Source: Isurus oxyrinchus
Lineage: Eukaryota
Assembly (NCBI GenBank): GCA_026770705.1
Contig: JANJGN010000034.1
Span: 4,774,001 to 4,838,000 of the forward strand
Length of the DNA: 64,000 nt
Direction: 5' to 3'
Numbering within the stretch: position 1 is the first letter of the stretch; each line of letters begins with the position of its first letter. This document shows, one piece after another, positions 1-13,739 of this stretch. Below the pieces are notes generated by a model. That model saw nothing but the letters and a program-made list of their open reading frames with translations, searched no databases and was not told the DNA's origin. A program made the position numbers and the translations under genes.

Positions 1-1047
1 TTTAAAAGTCCACCATATAGTATGGGTCTGGGGTCATGTGTAGTCCAGACACAGCAATAAATTTAGATTTCATTAATTCAAGGACATTAGTGAACCATGT
101 TAATAACTTAATTGCTCTTGATCTCATATCATCATGTTTTGAGCACACCAGTTTAGAAATATTTCCTGGCCTGAAGGAGGCGGACTGGACATTTTCATTT
201 TTAAGCGGATAGAAACTATGGTGAGGGAACATATATTTGTGGATGGAGTAGACAATCTGCTCTTTTCCATACAAATAGCGGAGTTTCATGAGCAATTCTA
301 CTTATGAAAATATGAGTATTGTTTGGAAAAGGCGAGAATATTCAATCGCCTTGAAGCTAGGTAACAGACGCGTGAAAATTAAGATCATTTCAGAAAGTAT
401 GCTGGATGAAATGTGGAAACATCTTTGCACAGAGTTACCATTAAAACATTGGAGTGGTAAAAATCAGAACATTCTGGAAGCAGATGAAATTATAATTTGC
501 AGAGTCAACTGGATAACTGGTTGAAGGCAAAATTGTGCTAGAGTATGGGAATAATGCAAGGGGTTTATGCTAAATCAATCAGTCTATCTGAGGGCCGGCA
601 CTGGCTTAAATGGCCTTGAGCCAGTTTACTTCGCTGCATGAATCGATTGACTTTCTATCAATTGCTCACAGTTAAACTCGTACATGCTGGTTTCTCCAAA
701 ATCCCAACAGGAATCATAAACATTCTAAGTGATTGCAGTGATTCAGTTTTCCTTTGTCCACATTATTTTGACTGAAACGTTGTGCAGTATTGCACAATTT
801 AAACAACACAACTGAATGTTTTTTTTTTGCTTTGGCGACAATGCATAATTTCCCGATGACCTTTGTTGTTGAATGCAACGCGCTGGGCAGATCAAGTTGC
901 TAACATTCCAGGCATGGGCATCAGAAATTACACTGAAAAGTGTGTTATTACTTGGGATGATTATGACCCCTGTCCCTGCAGGTTACCGTTGAAAATCCTA
1001 CTGCAGTTTCTTCAGAATATTATTATACTTAACATTATCCCTGCCAG

Positions 1048-1074
1048 GATCTGGGCTGCACATCAATATTGAAG
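1048..1074 (+). CDS. Possible 27-nt micro-exon (GSGLHINIE) of the B30.2 gene
   Basis: ttatccctgccag|GATCTG...ATTGAAG|gtgcag; 27 nt, phase 1-1, open, Leu at position 4 as in sister exons; donor weak, peptide not charged. Confidence 0.3.
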
Positions 1075-4000
1075 GTGCAGTCATATAAGTTTTTAGACAT
1101 GCACCCACCTGCGCTCTCAGGTGACCATGATAGCACTATCTCTGACAGAAGGAACGATGCTCTTCGCAGTATGCGAGTGGATTATTTTCTCCACAAAAAA
1201 ATAATTTCAAACGTAGCATCCTTCATTCCCTCATGTGGCTGCTCGGTTTTCATGTGCAATTAACGAACTGGCGTTGTTCTTTTTCGACAAGGGAAGTCAA
1301 AGTAAGAATCACAGGGAAATTCATAACCATGAAAAGATCTGAGAGGATCAGAAGTACGAAGGTGCAACCAATATCAAGAGGATCGGTACCCAAAGGGCAT
1401 AGATAATAAGGCATTTGGCGAAAGAATCAGTCACCAGAAGTGACAAAAAATCACGTATAGGGAAAATAAATATTGTGCATCTGGAACTTACTGGAAGGAA
1501 GACCGTGCTCGTGTCAAAATCAATTCTTTCAATAAAGAAGTATTTAGTACAGATTTTCATTTGGGAAAAAAAAACAGGCGATGATTTAATTGCACATAAG
1601 CATATTCAAAATGGAGGGACAATTGCGTTAGTTCTATAAACACTTTCATGAAGTCGATGCGGCTATTAAGTGGCTAATTGTTTCATTCGCTACTGCAGGA
1701 TTCGATTGGATGGGAATTTAACTCTGCTCGGGGAATAATATTAGGTGCATCGTGTGGACCACCACTTTATTGACAACACTTGACATTTAGTTCTATTGAC
1801 TGCAGAATTTGTCTTTGTTGTCTGATAAGTTGCAAGAAAAATGCAGCTGTGTATTTTGTAACCTTGACAACGTCAAAACTACAAGAACAACAAAGCAAAA
1901 TGAGCAAATTGCGGGAAATCTTATTTCAAGTTATAACTTGTCCAATGATGAATATTGGTTGCACTATAATTGCACATTATGACAATTCTATTTTCCATCC
2001 TCAATTCCATGATGTAACTAGTGGGGTTTCATGAGCAATTTGCAAACTGGGGTTGCTTGCATTCGACAAGGGAAGTGTAAACCTAAGGATAAGAGGGACA
2101 TTTAAAATTTTGAAACGTTCTGAGTTTCCCACACTGTAGATTCTTTATTTTTCGCCATATTTGACATATGTACCATATGAGTGACAATAATTTCCTGATG
2201 TCATGAGATTTCATTGACATTGTTCAGGTGAAAAATTCAATGATTTTTTGGAAGGCGCTGCTCAGTGATATCGGGTAGCACCGTGCACAAACCAAGCAAC
2301 ATTAATCAGGGGTTCTTTTCCAGAAGAAATAAAAAGGTCGCTCATTCTGAATATTAATTACCAATTCCAAAAGTTGGTGTGACATTTGTTATGTATTTTT
2401 TGCGAGGAAAATGACTTAATAGTTACTATCATATTTTGGGACTGACGTTGACAGAGAAAGAGACTGATATATATATTACGAAATATCAATTGCAATATTG
2501 CGACACAAAAAATTAATTCATTGATGTATTTTTGTTCTAATGTTCAATCTTTCTTGTCATTCCAGGAACATTAGTGTCGTTCGAATTACTGAAATTCATT
2601 GTTCATTCTCATGCACCCCTGAATTAAAATGCCGAACGTACCTACCACGGTATTTCAGATCTAAGTTTATTATCGGAAATAGTAGTGTGGCCAGAAGTCA
2701 CTTAAAGGCCGAAGCAAAGCAAAGCGAATAGATCCTATTGCCTAATTTGACATTTGTGGATTAATTCAGAGTTACGTTCTTACAACAATATTGCTGCTTG
2801 ATGCAGCAATTTGATTAATGTTTTGACGTATTCAAAACTGAACGTGAATTCTGAAAGTGAATTTAATGAACTCGCTTCCTCAGAATTGTCATTCAGTAGA
2901 ACATAATTAATAATATATTTAAAAAGGAGGGTTTGACCATTTCGCATTCAAGCTTGTGCCCAACTCAATAAAATCATGGATGAATCGACTACGGTTTAAC
3001 GCTACTTTTTGCCTGGCACTCCCTTCTTAATCAAAGACCTGTTTTATCAAGCCATGAATAGATTTAATGACTTCCTTTCACTCCTGTCTGCGGAAGAAAT
3101 TTTTAGTATTTCGCAACCCCCTGAGCGTTGAAATTCGTCCTCATTTCAGCATTACATTGGTGAAATCGTATTTTGGAAAGGGCCTATTTGTGGATTCTGC
3201 CGCGAAAGGAAACATAGTTTCAGCATCCAAACTATGAACCCTCCTCAGATTGTCATGTGCATTCTTCTAAACTTTAAGTGAAACTTCCCTGAATTGTTTC
3301 CGGTGCATTTTTTTACCAACTGAATTTATTTGACCAACACTTCCCTCTTCATTCATCTCATCGAAACCCAATCAGAGTTCCTTCAGATCAGCTCCGAATT
3401 GAACTGACACCTCGGTATGCCCATCTTCATTTCTGCATGGCTTAATCAGGTTAAGAAAAAAATATGTTGTTTTTGTTCCTATCTGTCATTCGAATAACAG
3501 TCAGATCCATTACTCCCTCTCTTTGCCCATCAGATTTCAGCCTCATCCAGTGACACGTGTGTGACCCACTTGCAGACAGGAACTGCATGTAAACTATGCC
3601 AGGAATCTCATTGCGATCGTAACCAATTTTATTTTTTTGTCCCATGATGCTATCACACTTCTGCTAAGTTTCGTAACAGAACCAATTAATTTTCTATCTC
3701 TCTCTCTTTGTATCTGTGTATGTGTTTGTGTATTTTTGTGCGTGACTGTTATTTCGTGTGCCATTTCCAGGCTAATTTCATACCATGATGTAACAAATTA
3801 TTAACGTCAAAGCCCTTGAGCCAATTTTATTCGCTGAGTCACTTAGGCCAAGATCTGTAGAACCTCATTGATTTTGACGCATTTCCAGGTAATTATGTGT
3901 TCTGTTATTCTGTGATTTAATATTTTCTCCAATCTAATAAGTGTACAAAATATTTGCCATTCTTATAATAATAAAAATATTTTCTTAATAATTCATTGAT

Positions 4001-5291
4001 ATCTCATCTGTCATTATTAACTACATCTTTGCCATTACTTCCATTGTAGCCTAATATTGGTGTGCAATTTCACTGGCGGCTAAAACTGTTTGTGCTTTTG
4101 TGTTCGAAATTACCTGCCTTCTAACGATGGTGTCATGTTTTACTTTGCTGTATTTGTGAACCAAACGTCAATAACTCACTACTCAAATTCAATACAGCCA
4201 ATTTTGAATAATATTGATGAGTCAACACCACACAGACAAAATTCATATGGGGAAATGGTTTCGAAAATTGGCCCTGTATTGCATCTTATAGAGTTACAAG
4301 CCATGGTAATGTGATGGTGATGGTGCAAGAAGGCCACTGCTTTAGCCTACCCAAGATAATCTCTGGTTGGCTACCGGCCTACGAAGTAACACAATCTGAA
4401 ATTCTGGCGTAAGTCCAAGGAATGTAGAAATTACTACCAGGTGAACTGGTTGAGATGGAAGTATACATGCATTTCAGGAAGTATGGATCAGCATTTAAAA
4501 AACGACAAGAAAGAAAATAATGAAAGAATGAATTGCATGTTCACACGTTTCGGACTTCTCAAAGCACTTTACAACCAAATACTTATCTTTTAGCTTTGAA
4601 GTCACAATTGTAATTTATATAAGGCAGCATACATGTTCTGATTAAATATATTTTTACGTTGAGTCATATCAGTGTCGAAAAGTTAACAGCCTTTCTCCAT
4701 GGATGCTGGCAGAGCTGTGCAGTTTTCCCAGCATTATTTTGCCTTTTTTATTATCATAGCCAATATGTGTTTAGCATGCCCACATTAGCAGCAGTGTGAT
4801 GAAGTTCAGATACTGATATTTTTCATTGATGTGGATTGAGGGGTGAAAACAGGCCGGGATATCATGAATAACATTTCCTTTTTCAAAGTATTGCCGTAGG
4901 ACCTTCCAAATCCATTACAGTATATGGATGGAGCCTTGAAATATGTTAGCATTTCAAAGAGTGCACCTGCATTAGTGCAACATTTTCTCTGCACTACGCT
5001 ATGGTGTCCTCCTAGAGATTTGTGGTCAAGCACCAAAGTGGCATTTGCCTACAGACCCGTTTCTTTTTTATTTTTTGATGCCAAGGTGAGGTGTTCAAAT
5101 TGCAAACACAAAGGGAAAGGAATAGACGAAAATGTTGATGACATTTGATAAAGTACGATTGGAAGAGCCTCATGTGAATTGCAAATGCTGAACCTGTAGA
5201 GCCTAATTCCCATTTCTGAAATTTTGATTTTTATCAATGCAACATTAGGAAACCCTCAGCACCAGAACTATAATTTTATTCATCATTACAG

Positions 5292-5327
5292 AAATTGCGG
5301 CGTTGAAAGTGAAACTGCAAGAGGCAG
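5292..5327 (+). CDS. 36-nt coiled-coil micro-exon (EIAALKVKLQEA)
   Basis: tcattacag|AAATTGCG...GAGGCAG|gtcagt; phase 1-1, heptad I..L...L pattern. Confidence 0.8.
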
Positions 5328-5639
5328 GTCAGTGAAGAAAACTTAGCTTGAGTTTTGAAGCATTTGAAAACCTTGCTGATGTGAAACATGCCACCTGGAC
5401 TCATAGTATGGTAACTGATGATACAGCAATAATGATGCAGTAGACTTTAGGTTCCTTAAGGTTATTAGGCACAAGGCAACCAAGGAATCTATGAAAACTA
5501 ACGGTGGAGATTGTGAAGCTAATGAGCTCCATGTTCTAATCCTCCTACTACGCAAAGTTTGTACCAGACGACTGCTGAATTGGATTGCATTCAAAAATTA
5601 GTTAAGGACAATTATTTTAAATGCATTACAGTCAATTTA

Positions 5640-6760
5640 ACATCAGTGATGGAAAAGATTTGTACATGAAAATGAACTAGCACATAATTAAGTGATGTGG
5701 AAAACCTTTGCTGAAAGAAGTAAAACTTGAAGATTAAGTTTGTTGTGACGTGTGAGTGGGGTTCGATCTACGTAATACAATTCAGTGTGAATAGATTTCC
5801 AAACCGATCTTAAGAGAGTGCCACATGACGGACTTGTCAGCAAAGCTCAGGTCAATGGTAATATTTCGGCAATGATTGCATGGCTTTCAGGGTTGTTCCG
5901 TGGCAGGAAGCGGACCACAGCGGTTGACAATTGTTTTTATTTGCACCAGAAGAATTTCCAAAAGTGGGTTAGCTCTGAAGGATGTGCAAAATATTACATT
6001 TTGAAAGGAAGTCAAAGGGCTGACACAATACAGTAACGGATATATTTCTAAACATTTTGCGGAAACCGAGATACCTGGGTTCTTTTATGCTGATTTCGTT
6101 AACTCTAGCATGGTATTTTTAGAAATTAACTCACGAGGCAGTTGAGATTCTGGCCTTTATGAATTGAGGCCCAAAATACAACGTTACGGAGGTTAAGGTG
6201 GAACAGTTAAAACACTGCATCGATAGAAAAAGGGAGGATTCTAGTTCTGTGCATCGTTGTTTTGAAACACCCTGAGAGTTTTGTTTTAAAGACTCCAGGT
6301 AGTTACACCTGTTTTCTTTGTTTTTGCAGTGGTTAATGCATTGAGGGATTTATGTTATATGGGAATATTTGAGAAAATGGAGTTGTTGTCCTAAGAAAAA
6401 AAAATCATTGCACCATAATTATAATAAATACTCTAAAATTATTAGTTGCCTTGTCAGAATAGGTAGAACGGCACCGTTCCCTTCTAATAACAGTAACCTA
6501 GCGACTGGTGCAATGTGCTTAGAAAAAAACAAACGATTGTTAAAACAGGAAGATTTCCTTAAACAGCGGGTGGTTATGATCTAGAATGCAATGCCGGAAT
6601 GTGGGATGGGGAAACAGTCAGTCGAGCTTTTCAAAGATTAAATAATTAAATTAATTAAGGGACGACATTGCATTATTTTTTGGGGTCTCATATCATAGAT
6701 CTCGATTAGTAACAATGAACAGAAGTGGCGCATTCTGGGCTGCAGACATCCAATGATTCT
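5640..6760 (+). mobile_element. Degenerate CR1-type LINE (RT region and 3' end)
   Basis: gatttccaaacc...gagtgccacatgacggacttgtcagcaaag resembles DFQKAFDKVPH.RL..K; CR1-like 3' tail; many stops. Confidence 0.6.
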
Positions 6761-7021
6761 GGTTAATTTTCAATGCTGTTATATCTTAGCATGGATCGTG
6801 CAACACTGCAGTTAACTTGTTTTTTTTTTTTGTTTTCAATATTGCAACAAATTGTATCATGGATTTCTGATGCCAGTTAATGTGTCTTGTGAAATTTAAC
6901 AAGTGTATGTTAAACGTTCAAGGTGACATTTCTTTTGTGTCTTAACTAAAAATAACCGTCCATTTGAGCAAATAGGTTAATGTGTAAGCACTGTTATCAT
7001 GTTTTTTTTTTTACTTCCCAG

Positions 7022-7048
7022 AAGAAAACCTAAAGCTGAAAGATCAAG
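7022..7048 (+). CDS. 27-nt micro-exon (EENLKLKDQ)
   Basis: T-tract acttcccag|AAGAAAAC...GATCAAG|gtattt; phase 1-1. Confidence 0.8.
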
Positions 7049-8249
7049 GTATTTTTTTTTGGGGGGGGGGGGGGCGAAATGTATTTCTTTCTCAAAGATA
7101 TCTAATGAACTCACTGTAACAAGACTGTGCATTTGCCTTTTCCAATTACACAGCGCTCTAATTAGGAAATGCCACCTTCAAGATTATTTAAAATGTGCGT
7201 GTATGAGAACGTTTCTTGTTCATGTACTTTGGGTAAGCGAGATTCAAAGTACTGTGCAAGACTCTAGCCTTCACAGAGCTTTGCAAAAGTACACGTGCAA
7301 CACTGTGCACAATTGTGTTCTCCAGATGTATTAGATAGATCACGACCGTTGCATTTATATCCAAACTGAACTCCGTACACCTGCGTTAGGCAAACATTTC
7401 ATGCTGTGCAGAATTCTTGTATATAATAAAAATGCCAGAAATAAGCAGATGTTGTTATTGAGAAACATGAGAATGTCTATGCCCCCCTTCTGGATGGGAA
7501 AAAAAAGAATCATGGGAGAAGCAATGGAGATCTTTAAGTTCACGAAGTGATTCGATAGAGATCACATAGAAACTATATTTCCTATTCCAGGGATGCTGAT
7601 CTAGCAACATATAAAGATGGAACCGGGCTGCACATTTAAATGCAGTTGTCAGAGAACTGGCCAATTTAATCATACTCCCCTGCTTTATTCCCTAAACACT
7701 CAGATGTATGTTTTCCTGAAACAGCTTGTGGAATTGTTTCTTAACCTTTACATGCCAGCCAATTCCTTTAGATTTTCAGCTGTTCCACTCCCAAAAAAAA
7801 ACAGTCCTAAAATTGCGTTTGATAGTAATGTTCTTTGGTTATCCATGATCTGGTATTACCTAAAATCGTGCCACAACGAAAATTACTTGACATATAAAAG
7901 CTTCTATAATTGGGAAATCTCCATTACTTGTGCTGTGAACCTTTTGAGCAAAGAATATGTCTAACTCTCTATAACTTGGCCAACAATTACAACTTACATT
8001 CAAAGTGTCTTCAAGTTCAGTTCTTATGCACAATATCAATCCACATTTCATGATGTATGGTACCCAAACTGCGCACAATTAGCCCAAGAGGCCCAATTAG
8101 AGATGCACAATTGTTTTTGTGGGAAGCCATGACTTGTTAGTCTGACCAGTTACAATGGTAAATATAATTAGACTACTTAAATGAATATAGACCCTGACAT
8201 CTCCAGGACTTGCAAAAGGACACAAAAAATGCTTTGCTCTACCTTGGAT

Positions 8250-10610
8250 AATTGGACTTAGGAGCAGAAGTTGTTAATTCAGCCCATCGAGTCTTCTGCG
8301 TCATTCGATGAGATCATGACCGATGTGATAATCCTTAATTCCACATTCTTTTTTTTTCCCGAGAACCCTTGATTCCCTAATTGATTAAAAATTCGCACAT
8401 ATCAGCCTTGAATATACTGAAAACCCAAACTGTATTGCGCTCTGTGTTAAAGAAAAATCACAAGTTCACTACCCTCAAAGAGAAGACATCCCTCCTCATC
8501 TTTGCCTCAAATGGATGACCCCTTACTCTGAGATTATGTCCCATGTCATAGAATCGCCCACAAGGTTAAACAACCGCTCAGCATCTATCTTTCCAAGCCC
8601 TCTAAGAATCGTTTTTGTTTCAATAAGGTTCCTTGTCATTCATCTCAACTCCAATGAGTGCAGTCACAAGCTACTCAACATTCCTCATACAAAAATTCCC
8701 CCACGTCCGGGATCAGCCTAGAGAACCTTCCCTGGAATGCAATCCATGCCACTAAAGCTTTCCTCAGTTAAGGAGGCCAACACTGTTACAGTATTCAAGG
8801 TGTGTTCAGTTCGGTGCCTGGTATAGTTCGAGGAAGATTTCTCTCTTTATGTATGCCATTCCCTTTGAAGCAAACGTCAGCATTACATTTGAATTCCTTA
8901 CTCCCCGTTGAACCAGTGTGTTAACTAGTTGTAATACATGCATGAGGAACTCAGGATCATCAGCACTTCCACTTCCTGCAGCATTTTTCCAATTTACAAA
9001 TTATTCAGCACCTCTATTCTTCCTGCCAAAGTGCATAACCTAACATATACACACTCTATATTTCATCTACCGTCTGTTTGTGCACTCACCTAACTTGTCG
9101 CTATTACTTTATAGGCTCACTGTGTTATTCTCGCATCTTGCATTCCAAGCTGTTTTTCCATTCATTGCAAAATTTGCGATAATGCTTTCACTTCCCCCGC
9201 TCAAGTTTCTAATATGCATTGAACATAAATGTGGCCCTAGCACCTACCCCGCTTGCAGTCCACTACTTACAGTTTGCCCACATTAAATTTCCCTTTTTAA
9301 CAACTTCCTGTCTTACAATATTGAGCCAATGTACTATTGTTGGTAATGTAGTGCCCTCAAAACCATGGGCACTTATCTTATTAAATAGACTCATGTGTGG
9401 TACCTTATTGAGCATCTTCCGAAAATCCAAATATACTGCATCTACTACTGCTCCTATATCTATCTAGATTCATGGCCGCACTCATAATTCTAATTAATTT
9501 TATTGGCCTAATTCCCTCTTCATGAATCCATTCTCACTCTGTTTGATTATATTATGCACTTCTAAATTCTCTGCTTCACACCCTTTCCAATCATTTGTAA
9601 CTTTTTCCCAATGTCAGATGTTAAGCTAACAAGGTCATTGGTTACCAGATTTTTTAAAATTTTCTCTCTCCCTCTCTGATTAATGGTGTTACATTGGAAG
9701 GTCCCAGAATCTAAGGTTTCTTGGAAGATTAATGTCAGTGCATCCATTTTCTCTGTAGCTGTTTCCTTTAATATCCTCGGATGCCATACATCCGGCCATG
9801 TGGACTTGCCGAGTTTTGGCCGCGTTAGTTCCCTTAGTACTTTTTTCCTCTAGTTATATCTATTGAACTTGCCCCCTCCCTAATTTTTCTCCTTGATTAT
9901 TTACTACTTTGTGGAAAGCTATTACTGTATACAAACATGAACACTGATGCAAATTATTTGTTCAATTCCTCTGCTATTTCCACAGTATTATTTTCCCAGC
10001 CTCATTTTCTGAGGAGCCCATGTTCACTTCCGACTCTCTCTTCCATTTTTATATATTGAAATAATCTCTTATTGTCTCTTTTTTTTAACAATTGCTTCTT
10101 TGTCCTCAACGACTAGTTTCCCCTTTTATTCTTTTTTGGTCATATGTTGCTGGATTCTAAATCTTTCCGAAGCCTCTGCATAACAATTAATCAATGCCAC
10201 ATTGCAGGTTTCTGTTTTCATCCAATATGATACTATTCTTAAATTCCTTGCTTTATCATGTTTGGTTTACTCCTTTCCTAGAATATTTTATCTTCACGGG
10301 CAAGTGCTTTGCAGTGAGTTATGCACTGTTTTCTTAAACATCTGCCATTGTTTGTCAATCATTTTTATGGCTAATCTCCTTTCCAAGTCCACTCCAGCCA
10401 AGTTAGTCCTCAACCCTTTGTAATTATCCTTATTTAATTTTAACACACTTGTTTCCAACCCAAGATCATTTCTATCAAACTAAATGCTAAATTGCAACTT
10501 CTTTTGATCACTGATTCCTTGGCGAGTCTTGTACCCTGAAGTCTATTATTAACCAGTCTCATTAGACATTACCAGATCCAAATCACAGGATCCCTGGTTG
10601 GATCTACAAA
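8250..10610 (-). mobile_element. Degenerate CR1-type LINE ORF2 and 3' UTR
   Basis: reverse-strand CR1-like RT segments (e.g. atgtgtggtaccttattgagcatcttccgaaaatccaaata, resembling YLDFQKAFDKVPH) and 3' tail at 8250-8450. Confidence 0.7.
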
Positions 10611-11458
10611 ATATTTTGCTGTTGTGCCTTATTCTCTCCAGGCTTCGGAATGAAAGTGCATTGAACAAGTGCCTGCCCGGTTCAGCAGTCCGCCTTTGCA
10701 GTTCTGACTGATGTGATTCTCATGTTCCCTTTTCACCATGTTGCCAAATTTTGAAACGCACACTTTGGAAAATGCTTCTCAAAACTCGATTTCAGATCAT
10801 TTTCAGTTGAAAGAAACGCGCTTCTAATAACCCAGTAAAAAATAGGCATGATAGTTTATTTTTTCTTCAGAGCAGAAAACTTTAATGCACCATTTCCTTC
10901 TGCCTCTAATTACTCTAGCAATTATGCAGACTCCAGCCGTTCGGAAAAATAATGGTGCAGAACTGCAAGAGACGGAAATAAAGTCGGGTTTGTGATTTAT
11001 ATTGTCAAGCTGAAAATCTAAAGCTGTATTAAAGGGATTATGCAATGCTTGAGCTGATGGTTTTAAATAAGATGTTCGAATTCTGAATCTGTCTGGCTAC
11101 CAAGATACATCGATAAATTTTCTGCCCTGGATGTAATTAAAAAAAAACATAGACCCTCTCCACTGTGAATTTAGCATTATGTATAACACGACCGGCTCAG
11201 TTCACTCCTTTGGTAGGTGAGGTTAGCAAGCTCTATTTCTTGCTTCATGGGTATAAATTCGAACCCGCATTTCCTATTTTGGAACAGTGACCGGTTTACA
11301 GCAGCATTGCATAGTATGTGGTGCAATTTATTTATCCTTGGGTTGTGAATGCCACGGAAATCTGAATATTTAAATATAGATGCGAAAATAAACACTTAGT
11401 AATAACATCATTAACTTTGGAAAACCATGAAGCTGTAATTATTTATTTTTATTCCCAG

Positions 11459-11494
11459 AGGCAGTTATTATGTTCAAAAAGTTCAAAAATATTG
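11459..11494 (+). CDS. 36-nt micro-exon (EAVIMFKKFKNI)
   Basis: atttatttttattcccag|AGGCAG...AATATTG|gtgagc; strong sites, phase 1-1. Confidence 0.7.
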
Positions 11495-12281
11495 GTGAGC
11501 GAAATGTTCATAAATTGACGTTTAGGATGGATTGCTTGAGTTGCTAAAGCCCTGACTTACCACACTGGTCAGCTTGAATATTTAGCTTTGGCTTCTGTTT
11601 TGTTGGTCAAAGTTTCACATTCATTCTAAACAGCCACTGTTATTAAAATAAGGTCGCTAATTCTAGAGAATGGAGCAACACAAACTAATGCTCACGAACT
11701 TCCTCTGAAACTATGACTACCGAATTACAGTGCATTCATTTTTGGAGCTGCGCAAAACCAGTGAATTGGGAGCCTTGCAATTCAATTGTGCTTTTGAAGT
11801 GGATATGAGGCATTCAGGAGGGTAAAATAAATTATTCTCCACAATGTATGAACAGGTGCGCATATTTTTTTGGTAGCCTTGGTTTTCCGGTGGCTTTTAA
11901 GGTCAAATCAATATACAATAGCGCCACACAGAAATTGTTTGGCTAGTGTCTTACCGACATTGTAAACCCCTGGGGCATAAAGGGGAAACACTTTGTCTAT
12001 ACGAATTACAGAGTCAGTGAAGGTTTGTTCAATCTTTTTCCCAAATCACGCTGCTACTTCGTCTGTTTTTGTTCACCAAAATCAATCTATTTTCCATGAT
12101 ACTTAACCTAAAAATATCTGACTTCATATTCTATGACATGCAACAGAGAAGCAATTCAAAGAGAAACACATTTCCATTCCAGGGCTAAATCCCGTGCTAT
12201 GGTACTTTCAGTCATATTAATCTCTGGTGCTGAATTCCATTGCTTCGTTCAACACTAAATAATAGGGATAATTTATTTTAG

Positions 12282-12308
12282 AGCAAGACTCTCAATGTCT
12301 GGTTGACG
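12282..12308 (+). CDS. 27-nt micro-exon (EQDSQCLVD)
   Basis: atttattttag|AGCAAG...GTTGACG|gtgagt; consensus donor, phase 1-1. Confidence 0.7.
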
Positions 12309-12859
12309 GTGAGTACCATGAAATCACGAAATTTCATAATGCAAAGAAAAGAGGTAATGTGAAATCATTTGCATTTAGCATAGTACTAGCATGTATAAAT
12401 CCAGTTATCAGAATTCAACGTTGATGTCATTTTGCTTTTGTCCATTCAACTTCGCCTCAATATTGGAAGCCTTGAAGTTTTTCATCATTTTTACCGGACT
12501 CAATGCGCTGTAAAGCCAAATAAGCAAAATATTGCTTTCTGTACATGTTTGGTGTTGTATGCAGAGGACAAAAGAGAATCCCACAAGCATGCACAATTCC
12601 ATGATGAAAACTTTTTTATACTTGATGTTTCTTGAGATTTCATATGAAGGAGAGGTGATCCCCAGTGCACTGCCGAAGTGTGCCATGGGATGTCGGTCAC
12701 ACTTCTGAGCGGGCGGGTGGATTGTTTTTCTCATAGTTCGGCTGAAAGAAAGCAACACCAACACTGCAAGATCTACTTGATTCTTCAACCCTGAAAGTGC
12801 ATCGTTTCATGATTTCCGCCCCCTTCAAGCATTCTCCCCCCTTAATAATGCCATGCTAT

Positions 12860-13020
12860 CAGGAAATCCTTCCCTGAGTACTACCTCTACGACTGTACAG
12901 CAATTCGGCAGCATTGCACTGCATAATTAGCCTTAATTTTTTGTGTTGAATCCGAGGACTGGAAATCAGGAACAAAAACTGTCTGCTTCAGATGCAGAGG
13001 TACCACAAAGAAAGCCAGAA
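12860..13020 (-). mobile_element. Deu-domain-type SINE remnant
   Basis: gactgtacagcaattcggcagcattgcactgcataattagcc resembles the SacSINE1/AmnSINE1-like core from memory; heavily decayed. Confidence 0.35.
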
Positions 13021-13238
13021 ATTATTCAGCATCCGTGAATGTAATTAATTAATTTAAGTGAAACCTATCTAAAGCTATGAGTGAGAAGGAAATATATTGG
13101 CAATGTATGGAGGTTCGCGTGGAGCTGGAACAAATGAGCACTTTTAAATAATTTGTACATCATTGTATTGTTGGCCAGAACAGTGCCCGGATCATCGTGA
13201 ATTTAACCTAAAATGATAACTCTCATCTCACTCAACAG

Positions 13239-13265
13239 ATAAAGCAGCACGTGAAAAGAATTCAG
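13239..13265 (+). CDS. 27-nt micro-exon (DKAAREKNS)
   Basis: tctcatctcactcaacag|ATAAAG...AATTCAG|gtgaaa; phase 1-1. Confidence 0.65.
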
Positions 13266-13739
13266 GTGAAAATTTCAACGGCGGGCTTGCTGATTTTTGC
13301 GAATAAATATCTCTCGAAGCAGCAGAAATCATACTATGTGCTTCTATCCGCCAAGGTTATGTTTCGGAGACAGTTGTGGGCCGATAATAAAACAAACTTG
13401 CATTGCTGTCAGTTAATCAAAGTGATTTAGGGAATTGTTGGTAAAGGGCATCTGTTGACGATTCCGCAGAAAGAATATTGGAATGGACAGGATAAAGATT
13501 GTGCAAATAAATATGTCATATAGAGCGCATTTAGGGGAGAGTCAGAGACGGGGAGCTTTTTGGAGTGAGGGGAAGAGAGCATTGCTTATGTCTCTGATAG
13601 AAGGTCTTCCAACTGTGAATCCAAAGTTCCAGAAATGCTGGAGAGTGCAGTTATCAGACGTTACCGGGATTTGGAAGGAAGGATCAATTAATATCTTAAA
13701 AAAATAGACATTTTTTTCTAAATCAGAAAGTAAATCAAT

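Noticed and set aside
5055-5085. 31-nt exon-like unit with good splice sites
   Set aside because: Length breaks frame, and its ATG is out of phase with the coiled-coil exons.
10642-10668. 27-nt unit after a good acceptor
   Set aside because: Contains TGA, has a weak donor (caa|gtgcct), and does not match the exon consensus.
11175-11216. 42-nt phase-1 unit (ALCITRPAQFTPLV)
   Set aside because: Off-pattern length and composition; insufficient support without RNA data.
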